From: Candidatus Aenigmatarchaeota archaeon
GTDB taxonomy: Archaea > Aenigmatarchaeota > Aenigmatarchaeia > CG10238-14 > SpSt-28
Assembly: GCA_038733315.1 (NCBI GenBank)
Contig: JAVYPJ010000001.1
Coordinates: forward strand, 318,832-382,831
Direction of reading: 5' to 3'
DNA: 64,000 nucleotides
The notes beneath the pieces are model-generated. The model searched no databases and was not told where the DNA came from. It saw only the letters and a list, made by a program, of their open reading frames with translations. Position numbers and translations under genes: made by a program. Positions 1-9,041 of the stretch are shown here, piece by piece (position 1 is the first letter of the stretch; the number at the start of each line of letters is the position of its first letter).

Positions 1-176
1 GTATTATGAAAATCCAAAAGAGCATAATAGTAGATTTTTAAAAAAAGATTTTCCAAGTGGAGAAAATCTCTATGATTTATTAGTATTAAAATTGTATGAT
101 TTTTCCTTTTTAGAGAAACCGTCGCTAATGATTGCTAAATAAATAAAAAAATATTAACTTTTTTAATTTTTTAGAG

Positions 177-247
177 GCGCCAGTCGTCTAGCGGTAGGAC
201 ACCGGCTTCCCAAGCCGGTAGCCCGGGTTCAAATCCCGGCTGGCGCA
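177..247 (+). tRNA. tRNA-Gly (anticodon CCC)
   Basis: 71-nt cloverleaf. Acceptor GCGCCAG/CUGGCGC; anticodon stem CCGGC/GCCGG with loop UUCCCAA; T-loop GGUUCAAAUCC. Confidence 0.85.
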
Positions 248-256
248 TATTTTTAA

Positions 257-970
257 TCATTCAAACAATAGAACTCTAACAAACCTATATGTAATAATTA
301 CTAAGAATGAAAAGAGCGCGTATCCTACTATTGCTAATACTATTGCTATGAATTTACTTATGGGGCTAATCGGAACAATATCTCCATATCCTATGGTTGT
401 TACTGTTTGTGCTGATAGCCAAATACCATCTATCATATTTTTTATTTTGCTATTCGGTATATCAGCCTCTAATATATAAAAGATAGACCCGCCAATAATA
501 ATTGTAACAAAAAATGAAAAAATACACAACTCAATATTTCTAAAAGAAACTTCGTCAAACGCTTTAGCAAGTTTTTTTCTGTTCTCTATAACAGGATAAA
601 TACACCTTATTATTCTTAATAATCTTAATATTCTTAATAACCTAAATGATCTAAGTACGGCATAGTTTTTTAGGCCTAATAGAAACAAATAACCAGCAAG
701 TACTGATAAAAAATCTATAATACCAAAAATACTTATAACATATTCAATTTTTCTTTTTGTGGTTAGTATTCTTAAAATATATTCTATGGTAAATATAGAG
801 GTAAACAAAATCTCTGAAAAAATAAAATATTTTTGATATTTATCCCAAAAATCAGGAATAGTTTCTAGTATTATTAAAAATATCGAAACTAGAATTATTA
901 TCGATATAATATCATTAAAAATTATATATTCTTTAGAGCCTTCTGCCCAGAAAAAATCTTTAATTTGCAT
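257..970 (-). CDS. Voltage-gated potassium channel, KvAP-like, six TM helices
   Basis: Selectivity filter TVTTIGYGD. S4 voltage-sensor arginine repeat LRSFRLLRILRLLRIIR. Six hydrophobic helices. Confidence 0.8.
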   Translation of the reverse strand: MQIKDFFWAEGSKEYIIFNDIISIIILVSIFLIILETIPDFWDKYQKYFIFSEILFTSIFTIEYILRILTTKRKIEYVISIFGIIDFLSVLAGYLFLLGLKNYAVLRSFRLLRILRLLRIIRCIYPVIENRKKLAKAFDEVSFRNIELCIFSFFVTIIIGGSIFYILEADIPNSKIKNMIDGIWLSAQTVTTIGYGDIVPISPISKFIAIVLAIVGYALFSFLVIITYRFVRVLLFE

Positions 971-975
971 AAAAT

Positions 976-1203
976 TTACTTAGTAAGTTCTTTAATTTCT
1001 ATAGCCTCTGCTGGACAGCTTTCTGCGGCCTCTTTAACTTTTTCTAAAATTTTTTCATCTTCAATTATATCTTTTTTCGCTCGGGAAAAACCCTCTTCAC
1101 TAAATTCAAAGACTTCTGGAGCGATTGCTATGCAACTTCCGCAACCAATGCATTTTTCGTTAACCTTTATTTTTATCTTCATAAATAAATTCAAAACTAT
1201 CAT
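976..1203 (-). CDS. 4Fe-4S ferredoxin
   Basis: CIGCGSCIAIAP and a C-terminal CPAEAI motif in a 75-aa protein. Confidence 0.75.
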   Translation of the reverse strand: MIVLNLFMKIKIKVNEKCIGCGSCIAIAPEVFEFSEEGFSRAKKDIIEDEKILEKVKEAAESCPAEAIEIKELTK

Positions 1204-1215
1204 ATAAATTCTTTT

Positions 1216-1617
1216 TTGATTAAATTTATGGAAACAGTGAGAAAAGCTATAAAAGAATTAAAAGAAAAGGATTTAGTAATAATAGATGGCGCGCCATGCA
1301 GAGTAGAAAGTGTATCGACATCAGTAAGCGGTAAGCATGGTGCAGCAAAAACTAGAGTAGAAGCGATAGGATTGTTTGATAGAAAAAGGAGAAGTATAGT
1401 TCAACCAGCTGATGAAAGTGTAGAAGTACCGATAATAAAAAAGAAAAAAGCCCAAGTTTTAGCGATAATAGGAGATAAAGCACAGCTAATGGATTTAGAA
1501 ACTTATGAGACTCTAGAATTAGAAATTCCTGAAGAGAAGAGAGAAAAATTAAGAGAGGGCGAAGAAGTTTGGTATTATGAAGTTGTTGGTGTTAAGACGT
1601 TAAGAGATTTGAAATGA
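1216..1617 (+). CDS. Translation initiation factor 5A (aIF-5A)
   Basis: Hypusine-loop motif STSVSGKHGAAK. OB-fold C-terminal half. 133 aa. Confidence 0.85.
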   Translation: MIKFMETVRKAIKELKEKDLVIIDGAPCRVESVSTSVSGKHGAAKTRVEAIGLFDRKRRSIVQPADESVEVPIIKKKKAQVLAIIGDKAQLMDLETYETLELEIPEEKREKLREGEEVWYYEVVGVKTLRDLK

Positions 1618-2432
1618 GAATAGCAGGCTTCTCTGGCTATTTTTATCCTTTTTTAGAGAGTGAAATAATAGAATTCATAAAAAAGTTTGAAAGCGAGATT
1701 CCTATAAAATCTGAAAAAATAATTTCTGCTATAGTTCCGCATGCTGGTTGGGTTTATAGTGGGAAATGTAGTTTGTATGTTTATAAAAATTTAAGCGAAA
1801 TCGAAAATGTAATAATAATTGCTACAAATCATTCTTCCATAGGCAAAGTTTTATTAAGCTTAGAAGATATAAAAACACCCTTAGGAAAAATAGAAATAAA
1901 TAGAAAAATAGTAAAACAAATTTTGGATGAAATAGAATTTAGTGAAATAAATGAAGAAATACATTGTAATGAGCACGCAATAGAAGTTCAGTTACCATTT
2001 TTACAATATTATTTAAAAAAGTTTAAGCTAACTCCTATACTAGTTTCTAATTTAGAATTAGATGAAATAAAGAAAATTTCTAGTTTTCTAAAAAATAACA
2101 TAAATTTCAAAAATTCTGTAATAATTTTTAGTGGTGATTTAATTCATCACGGCGCTATTTATGGTTTTGAGATATTTAAAGAAAATAAAAAAGAAAATGT
2201 TAGGAATGCTGATTTAGAAATAATAAATTCTATATTGGAGAAAATTTTGGAAAAATATTTGAAGCTAATAAAAAAATATCATACAGTTTGTGGTTATTAT
2301 GTTTTTCAAATTTTTATAGAATTAACAAATAGCTTAAATCTAAAAAATGAACTATTATGCTACTATAATTCAGCAGACGTAACTAAAAACGAAGATGCTA
2401 TTGTAGGATATGCATCTATAATTTCCTACTAG
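1614..2432 (+). CDS. MEMO1-family protein (AmmeMemoRadiSam system protein B)
   Basis: N-terminal RIAGFSG...VPHAGWVYSG motif typical of the Memo/UPF0103 family. Start overlaps the aIF5A stop (ATGA). Confidence 0.7.
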   Translation: MRIAGFSGYFYPFLESEIIEFIKKFESEIPIKSEKIISAIVPHAGWVYSGKCSLYVYKNLSEIENVIIIATNHSSIGKVLLSLEDIKTPLGKIEINRKIVKQILDEIEFSEINEEIHCNEHAIEVQLPFLQYYLKKFKLTPILVSNLELDEIKKISSFLKNNINFKNSVIIFSGDLIHHGAIYGFEIFKENKKENVRNADLEIINSILEKILEKYLKLIKKYHTVCGYYVFQIFIELTNSLNLKNELLCYYNSADVTKNEDAIVGYASIISY

Positions 2433-3526
2433 CCAAAGTTAACTATTTTATATTTTTTATTCTCTATTTCATCTATTTGTTTTGGAAATAAAAGTTTTGA
2501 AGTTTCGGCGCTGCCAACAATATGTATTTTATAATTACAAAATTTGCATCTGTTTTTCTTATTAAGATTAATTTCTTGAACTAGAAAGCCAACTCTCTTT
2601 ATTAAAATATTTTTACAGTTTGGACAATAAGTGTTTTCTAATTTATGGTTAAAAACATTGCCTATATAAACGTATTTTATTCCTTCTCTTATCGCAATCT
2701 CTGCATGCTTCTCTAAAATTTCTATTGGAGTTGAAGGAAAGTTTAACATTTTATAGGTTGGTGAAAATCTTAGAAAATGAATTATCGATTTTTCTCCTAA
2801 GCAATCATATATTTTTTTACATAATTTTTTACAATCATCTAAGTTATCACCAACTTTTGGGATTATTAAGTCTGTAATTTCTAAATGAATTTTTTTCTTG
2901 CTTAGCTCCTCTAAGCTTTGAAATACAGGTTCATAAGAAGGTATAGAAATAAACTTTCTTGCAAATTCATTATTTCCATTACCTTTAAAATCTATAGAAA
3001 TCGCATCTGAAAATTCAGAGAAAAATTCTATAGATTCATCGCTTAAATAACCATTTGTTATGAAAATTATTTTTAGGCTTTCTTTTTTAGCAATTTTTGA
3101 AACATCGTAAATATATTCTGCATATATTGTAGGTTCATTATAAGTAAAACAAATCGAGCTAATGTTATAAATTTCTTTATATTTTTTCGCAATGTTAACT
3201 ATTTCATTTGGTAAGAATTCAAAACCTTCTATTTTTCTTCTTTGGGAAATATCATAATTGCAGCAATACTTGCAAGCCCAATTACATCCAAAGGTTCCGA
3301 AGCTTAATGCTACAGAACCTATATAAAAGTGAAAAAATGGTTTTTTCTCTATCGGATCTAAATTTGCTGCACAAAATAAACCATAGTTTGCTAAATAAAG
3401 CTTATTATCTTTATTAATTCTAACTCCGCAAAAACCAACTTGGTTTGGTAATAGTTTACAATATCTTTTGCATGCAGTACAAATAACTCTATTTTTTTCT
3501 ATTTTATAAAGAATAGCCTCTTTCAT
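2429..3526 (-). CDS. Radical SAM enzyme, PflA-like (AmmeMemoRadiSam system radical SAM component)
   Basis: CNWACKYCCNY radical-SAM cysteine motif with additional Cys clusters. Convergent with and abutting the MEMO1-like gene. Confidence 0.75.
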   Translation of the reverse strand: MKEAILYKIEKNRVICTACKRYCKLLPNQVGFCGVRINKDNKLYLANYGLFCAANLDPIEKKPFFHFYIGSVALSFGTFGCNWACKYCCNYDISQRRKIEGFEFLPNEIVNIAKKYKEIYNISSICFTYNEPTIYAEYIYDVSKIAKKESLKIIFITNGYLSDESIEFFSEFSDAISIDFKGNGNNEFARKFISIPSYEPVFQSLEELSKKKIHLEITDLIIPKVGDNLDDCKKLCKKIYDCLGEKSIIHFLRFSPTYKMLNFPSTPIEILEKHAEIAIREGIKYVYIGNVFNHKLENTYCPNCKNILIKRVGFLVQEINLNKKNRCKFCNYKIHIVGSAETSKLLFPKQIDEIENKKYKIVNFG

Positions 3527-3552
3527 AAATAAATTTTTTACTACAGAAAATT

Positions 3553-3792
3553 ATGACTAAGAAAGAGGTAATAAAAGAGGTTTTTATTCCTAAATGGATG
3601 GCTTGGTTTAATTTAGTTTTGATGGCATTAATTACAGTTTTTATTCTGTACATTAATTCTGTTGTTCCAGAAAGTGAAAAAATACCAGCATTAGGTTTAG
3701 CGATGATACTTTTAATTTTTATAATTATTGTCGTTATAGTATTTTTATCGGCATATAGAAGATTGCCTATCTACTATTTAAAGGAAAGATAA
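3553..3792 (+). CDS. Small membrane protein (2 TM)
   Basis: Two hydrophobic helices. No recognisable family. Confidence 0.3.
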   Translation: MTKKEVIKEVFIPKWMAWFNLVLMALITVFILYINSVVPESEKIPALGLAMILLIFIIIVVIVFLSAYRRLPIYYLKER

Positions 3793-3795
3793 TTA

Positions 3796-4314
3796 ATGGA
3801 AGTTTATGTTTTAAGATTGTTCCATAGAAGGGAAAGGGATAAAAGGGTTACAACTCATTGTGCACTAGTTGCTAGAGCTTTTTTAGCAAAGAAAATGTTT
3901 TATTGTGGAGATAGGGATGAAAGTTTAGAAGATAATATAAAAGACATTAATAAAAGATTTGGTGGTAGTTTTGAAATTGAATACGTAAAGGAATGGAAAA
4001 AATTATTAAAAGATTTTTCTGGAGTAAAAATTCATTTAACTATGTATGGAATACCTTTATTAGATAAATTAGATGAAATTAAGAAAAAAGAAAAAATTTT
4101 AGTTATTATCGGTTCTGAGAAAGTTCCTAGAGAAGTATATGAAATTTCTGATTATAATATTTCGATAACAAATCAGCCGCATTCAGAAATAGCGGCCTTA
4201 GCAATATTTTTGGATAAAATTTTTGAAAGTAAAGAGTTTTTTGTAGAATTTGAAAATGCTAAGATAAAAATAATACCTAGCGAAAGGAATAAAAAAGTTT
4301 TAAAGATTAAATAG
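3796..4314 (+). CDS. tRNA (cytidine56-2'-O)-methyltransferase aTrm56 (SPOUT)
   Basis: N-terminus VLRLFHRRERDKRVTTHCALVARAF matches the archaeal aTrm56 signature. About 170 aa. Confidence 0.7.
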   Translation: MEVYVLRLFHRRERDKRVTTHCALVARAFLAKKMFYCGDRDESLEDNIKDINKRFGGSFEIEYVKEWKKLLKDFSGVKIHLTMYGIPLLDKLDEIKKKEKILVIIGSEKVPREVYEISDYNISITNQPHSEIAALAIFLDKIFESKEFFVEFENAKIKIIPSERNKKVLKIK

Positions 4315-4325
4315 TATAGGTAAGT

Positions 4326-4829
4326 ATGGTGGTTGGACTTTTTGTTGCGAGGTTTCAGCCTTTGCATAAGGGGCATGAAAGGGCTATAAGGAAAGCTCTG
4401 AAGTTATATGAAAAAGTAATAATAGTAATAGGAAGTGCGGATAAGAGCAGAGAAGAAAAGAATCCTTTTACTGCAGAAGAAAGGAAGTTAATGTTAGAAG
4501 CAGTATTTTCTAAGGAAATTAATGATGGAAAAATTGAAATATTGGCTATAGAGGATAAAACTAGCGATGAAGAATGGGCAAACGAATTAATTTCGAAAGT
4601 TAGTTTTGATGAGGTTTATACTGCAAGCGATTGGGTAGCAAAAGCTTTTGAAGGAAAAAAGAATGTTAAAAGGTTTAAGCCATTTAAATATGAAACTATA
4701 AACGGAACAAATATTAGAAGATTAATAAAAGAGGGAAATGAAGAGTGGAAAAAATATGTAAATAAGAAAATAGCTGAAATGATACAAAAAGTTGCACTTA
4801 AGGAATTCTTTTCAAAACTTTCTTCTTAA
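4326..4829 (+). CDS. Nicotinamide-nucleotide adenylyltransferase (archaeal NMNAT)
   Basis: GLFVARFQPLHKGH nucleotidyltransferase (H/T)xGH motif. About 170 aa. Confidence 0.7.
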   Translation: MVVGLFVARFQPLHKGHERAIRKALKLYEKVIIVIGSADKSREEKNPFTAEERKLMLEAVFSKEINDGKIEILAIEDKTSDEEWANELISKVSFDEVYTASDWVAKAFEGKKNVKRFKPFKYETINGTNIRRLIKEGNEEWKKYVNKKIAEMIQKVALKEFFSKLSS

Positions 4830-4843
4830 TTTTTTTTAATTCT

Positions 4844-4918
4844 TAGCGGGGGGTGGATTTGAACCACCGACCTCCGGGTTATGAGCCCGGCGGGCACTCC
4901 AGGCTGCCCTACCCCGCT
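4844..4918 (-). tRNA. Initiator tRNA-Met (anticodon CAT)
   Basis: Reverse complement gives AGCGGGG...CCCCGCU with an A1:U72 pair. Anticodon stem has the three G:C pairs G29-31:C39-41. Loop CUCAUAA. These are archaeal initiator hallmarks. Confidence 0.85.
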
Positions 4919-4954
4919 TCATTCATATAATTTAATTTTCTCCAAATAAATTAT

Positions 4955-6394
4955 TTGTCAATTCTCAAAATATTTATGGAAGAAAAAATAAGAGAAGTAA
5001 TTAAAGAGGCCTTAAAAATGTCAATACCTTCTAAGAGCGAATATGAGTATGTAAACGAAATTAAAGATAAGGTTTTATTTTTCGCTGAAAAACATTCAAG
5101 AATATATAATGCAGAGGTAATGCTTTGTGGAAGTTTTGCAAAGAATACATGGTTGCCAAAAAGATATGAAATAGATATTTTTATTTTATTTTCTCCAAAA
5201 TTGGATAAAGAAAGGTTAGAGGAACTTGGCTTAATAATAGGCAAAAGAGTTGCAGAGGAGTTAAATGCAGAATATATAATTGAATATGCTGAGCATCCAT
5301 ATGTTAGAATTAAATATAATGATGTTCAAATAGATATAGTTCCAGCGTATAAAGTTAGTAAAGCCGATGAAAAAATAAGCGCTGTAGATAGGACTCCTTT
5401 TCACACAATATATGTAAAAGAAAAGCTTAAAAATATATTAAACGACGAAGTTAGATTGTTAAAGAAATTTATGATTTCTAACGAAATATATGGAGCAGAT
5501 TCGAAAACAAATGGCTTTAGCGGTTATGTATGCGAGCTATTAATAATTAATTACGGAACTTTTTTAAACACAATTAAAGCAGTAGCAAACTGGAAGCCAA
5601 TAACTATAATCGATATAGAAAATTATTATTCTGAAAATGATAGAGAAGTTTTGGTCAAAATTTTTAAAAACCAACCTTTAATAATCATAGATCCTATAGA
5701 TAAAGATAGGAATGCTGCTGCAGCGGTAAGTACATATAATTATTTTAAGTTTATTAATTTGGCAAAATCATTTTTGGAAAATCCGTCAACATCTTTTTTT
5801 GAGAAAAAAGAAGCAAAAATTGTTAGCGAAGAAGAAATAATAAAATATCAAATGGATAGAAGAACAGAGCTAATAGTTTTGAGATTTTTTAGGCCAAAGG
5901 TTGTAGATGATATAATTTATCCTCAAATGAGAAAGTTTGCTAATAGAATTGAAGAAATATTAAAAAAATATAATTTTAGGGTGCTTAATAAAGATGTTTT
6001 TTGTAATGAAAAGTATTGTTACTTAGTTTTAGAGATGGAAATATTTAAGCTACCAAAAATAGAAAAGAAAATAGGTCCAATTTTTTTTGATTTAAATAAT
6101 TCTAAGAAATTTATTGAAAAGTACAAAAATAACATAACTTATATTGAGGAAAATAGATGGGTTGCTGAAGTAGAAAGAAAGTTCGTTAGGGCTATTGATA
6201 AGATAATAGATAGTTTAAATAAAGATGAAAAAACGTTAAGGGAAAAAGGAATTCCAAGTTTTGTTGCTCAACAGATTTCTAAAAACCTTGAAATAACTAA
6301 TGAAACTTCTAAAATCAAATCGTTTGTTAAAGAAGACGAAGATTTTGGAAAGTTTTTAAAGAAATTCTTTAATAAAGAGAAATTAATAATATGA
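4955..6394 (+). CDS. cca: CCA-adding enzyme (class I tRNA nucleotidyltransferase)
   Basis: MLCGSFAKNTWLPKRYEIDIF pol-beta-type nucleotidyltransferase motif at the N-terminus. About 480 aa, archaeal class I architecture. The true start may be the internal Met (MEEKIR). Confidence 0.8.
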   Translation: MSILKIFMEEKIREVIKEALKMSIPSKSEYEYVNEIKDKVLFFAEKHSRIYNAEVMLCGSFAKNTWLPKRYEIDIFILFSPKLDKERLEELGLIIGKRVAEELNAEYIIEYAEHPYVRIKYNDVQIDIVPAYKVSKADEKISAVDRTPFHTIYVKEKLKNILNDEVRLLKKFMISNEIYGADSKTNGFSGYVCELLIINYGTFLNTIKAVANWKPITIIDIENYYSENDREVLVKIFKNQPLIIIDPIDKDRNAAAAVSTYNYFKFINLAKSFLENPSTSFFEKKEAKIVSEEEIIKYQMDRRTELIVLRFFRPKVVDDIIYPQMRKFANRIEEILKKYNFRVLNKDVFCNEKYCYLVLEMEIFKLPKIEKKIGPIFFDLNNSKKFIEKYKNNITYIEENRWVAEVERKFVRAIDKIIDSLNKDEKTLREKGIPSFVAQQISKNLEITNETSKIKSFVKEDEDFGKFLKKFFNKEKLII

Positions 6395-7137
6395 GAATAA
6401 TTGCCATAACTAGCGGAAAAGGTGGTGTCGGTAAAACTTTTTTTTCTGTTAATTTAGCTACGGCGTTAGCAAAAATAGGAAAAAGTGTAACTCTAATAGA
6501 TTCCAACTTTACAACACCTAATACAGCATTAGTTATAGGGTATCTAACTAGATTTAATACTATTCACGATTTTTTAAGCGAAAACGTTAAAGATGTTACT
6601 AGCGTTATACATAAGACCAGATATGGTTTTAAAATAGTGCCAGGTAGTATAGATTTAGATTCTATGGTTAACTCTAACATAGAGATGTTTAGACTGTTCT
6701 TAGAAAAAATAAGGGATGATTTTATAATATTAGATACAGCTGCTGGAATCGGCAGAGAGGCTTTGTATTCTATTTTGAATTCTAACGAAATTATTATAAT
6801 CGTTAATCCAGAAATTTCGAGTATTATAGATGCAAAAAGAATTTTGGATATCTGTAATAGAGTTAATAAAAAAATCTTGGCAATAGTTGCAAACATGGTA
6901 AATAGTAAAAAAAGTGTTAAAAAAATAGAAGAATATATAGGTAAAAGCGTAAATTTAGTTTTACCTGAAGATAAAAGAGTTAGAAATTCTATAGAAAAAA
7001 GAATTCCATATATTGAAATGTATCCAAATTCATACATTTCTTCACAAATTTTGAATTTTGCAAGTTATTTGTCTGGAGAACTCTATACTTTTAAACCAAG
7101 TTTTTTTGAAAGATTGAGATTTTCCTTTTATATATGA
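6391..7137 (+). CDS. MinD/ParA-family P-loop ATPase
   Basis: Deviant Walker A SGKGGVGKT. About 250 aa. Confidence 0.75.
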   Translation: MRIIAITSGKGGVGKTFFSVNLATALAKIGKSVTLIDSNFTTPNTALVIGYLTRFNTIHDFLSENVKDVTSVIHKTRYGFKIVPGSIDLDSMVNSNIEMFRLFLEKIRDDFIILDTAAGIGREALYSILNSNEIIIIVNPEISSIIDAKRILDICNRVNKKILAIVANMVNSKKSVKKIEEYIGKSVNLVLPEDKRVRNSIEKRIPYIEMYPNSYISSQILNFASYLSGELYTFKPSFFERLRFSFYI

Positions 7138-7670
7138 ACGTTTTTGAAGCTATAGAGAAAAGAAAAAGTGTAAGAAAGTATAGAAATATAGATGTGGATT
7201 TAAATAAAATCATAACTATACTAGAATATTCTATATTGGCACCATGCGCAGGAAATGTTCAGGAATGGAGATTTATAGTGGTTAATGACAAAAAAATTAA
7301 AGAAGAGTTAGCAGAAGCTTCTTATAACCAAGATTTTATAGCTGAAGCTCCATATGTTATTGTAATTTGTGCTGATGAAAAAGAAATCTATAACGCATAT
7401 GGTAAAAGAGGAAAAGAGAGATATATGTATATGGATTGTTCTTTTGCAGCGGCAAATATAATTTTATCTGCAGTTTCCTTAGGTTTAGATACTTGTATTG
7501 TTGGCGCCTTTGAAGACGAAAAAGTTAGCAAAATCTTGAATTTGCCAGAAAATATTAAGCCTATATTTATAGTTCCAATCGGTTATGCCGCTGAAGATCC
7601 TATAAGACCCTTAAGAAAGCCGATAAGTTCAATAATTTTTTATAATACTTATGGGAAAAAACTTAAATAG
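7134..7670 (+). CDS. Nitroreductase-family protein
   Basis: Opening EAIEKRKSVRKY and the FMN-binding fold pattern. 178 aa. Confidence 0.7.
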   Translation: MNVFEAIEKRKSVRKYRNIDVDLNKIITILEYSILAPCAGNVQEWRFIVVNDKKIKEELAEASYNQDFIAEAPYVIVICADEKEIYNAYGKRGKERYMYMDCSFAAANIILSAVSLGLDTCIVGAFEDEKVSKILNLPENIKPIFIVPIGYAAEDPIRPLRKPISSIIFYNTYGKKLK

Positions 7671-7691
7671 TTTTAAATTTAATAAATCTTA

Positions 7692-9038
7692 ATGAAGATG
7701 AAGCCGAATAACTTAATACTAATAACTCTTTTTGTTTTTCAGATTTTTCTTATATCCTTTTCTCAATTTTCTGATAGAGTAGAAGTTAAAATACCTTCTC
7801 TTTATAACATAAATGCAGGACAAACAGTAAGGATACCAATAGAAATAAAGAATTTAGATTATAATGAAGTTAAAGTTTTCCTTTATGTATTTCCGCCATA
7901 TTATGAAGGAATTTCTGCTTATTTTGATGTTAATAATGTAGTGCTTTCTCCAAATTCTGAAGCTAGTGTTAACTTAGTGATTTCTGCTCCTACTGAAGCT
8001 AAAAGCGCTATAATAACTTATCAGATATTTGTAGAGTATAATAATATTAAAAAAACTTATAAGATGGAATTAAACGTTATAGGTGGTAAGGGTGAAATAA
8101 AAGTAACAAATTTTGGAATTAATAAAAATAGGTTTGATCCAGATGAAAGTCTAATAGCTTTTGTTGAGTATCAGAATTCTAAGAATATTGTAACTTTCGT
8201 AAGAGCAAAAATGGAAATTTCAAGAGAAAATGAAATAATTAAAACAGAGGAGAAAACTGTTAATATTCTTCCATTTTCCAAAGCTTCTTTAAACTTTTCT
8301 TATCTTTTCTCTTATTTTGACAGGCCAGGAAAATACTATATTAACATATACTCTTATGATGAAAATAAAAACACTATATCCAAACTTTCTTTTGAAGTCT
8401 TTTTGAATGAAATAAATAACGTAGAAAAAAGAGTAGATAAACAATTTTCGATATTTCAATATAGAGTTAGTGTAGAGATAGAAAATGTTGGTAACGTTAT
8501 TCAAAAAATTAGGTTAGAGGAAGAATTTCCGATTATACTCAAACCTTTTGTGGTTTTTGAAGGAATGAATCCAAAAATAGAAAATAATAAGGCAATTTGG
8601 GAAGTTGATTTAAAACCTAAGGAAAAGATTACTTTTTCATATTCTATAATATACTTACCTATATTATTACTAGCCTCGATTTTAGTAGTAGCGTTTTTGG
8701 TATTTTTATTCTTTTATTTGCTTAAGCCAAGAAGCCTTAAGAAATATGAGAAGTTCGAAGATATTTACAAAATTAAAATATTTATTAAAAATAGCTCAAG
8801 AAAGAGAATGAAAAATATAGAGATAAGTGATTTTGTACCATCTCTATTTTCTATAGTAGAGTTTGAAACATTAAAACCGCAAGTAAAGAAATCAAAAGAT
8901 GGTTATGATTTGATTTGGAAAATTAGAGAGTTGAAACCTAAGGAAGAGCTAATAATCTCATATAAAATAAAACCTCTAATAGAAATTATTGGAGAGGTAA
9001 AGCTTCCGAAACCTAAGATTAAATATGTATTAAAATAA
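7692..9038 (+). CDS. Secreted/surface protein with N-terminal signal peptide and a TM helix near residue 320
   Basis: Hydrophobic N-terminus, beta-rich repetitive body, TM ILLLASILVVAFLVFLFFYLL, then a ~110-aa basic tail. Confidence 0.4.
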   Translation: MKMKPNNLILITLFVFQIFLISFSQFSDRVEVKIPSLYNINAGQTVRIPIEIKNLDYNEVKVFLYVFPPYYEGISAYFDVNNVVLSPNSEASVNLVISAPTEAKSAIITYQIFVEYNNIKKTYKMELNVIGGKGEIKVTNFGINKNRFDPDESLIAFVEYQNSKNIVTFVRAKMEISRENEIIKTEEKTVNILPFSKASLNFSYLFSYFDRPGKYYINIYSYDENKNTISKLSFEVFLNEINNVEKRVDKQFSIFQYRVSVEIENVGNVIQKIRLEEEFPIILKPFVVFEGMNPKIENNKAIWEVDLKPKEKITFSYSIIYLPILLLASILVVAFLVFLFFYLLKPRSLKKYEKFEDIYKIKIFIKNSSRKRMKNIEISDFVPSLFSIVEFETLKPQVKKSKDGYDLIWKIRELKPKEELIISYKIKPLIEIIGEVKLPKPKIKYVLK

Positions 9039-9041
9039 ATA

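Noticed and set aside
6564-7037. 157-aa minus-strand ORF inside the MinD-like gene
   Set aside because: Antisense shadow ORF. The plus-strand frame has a Walker A motif and a full-length family match.
7371-8345. TGATGA/CTGA motif pairs inside coding regions (for example nitroreductase and the surface protein)
   Set aside because: Isolated motif occurrences inside well-supported ORFs without the C-guide-D'-C'-guide-D spacing, expected by chance in AT-rich DNA.
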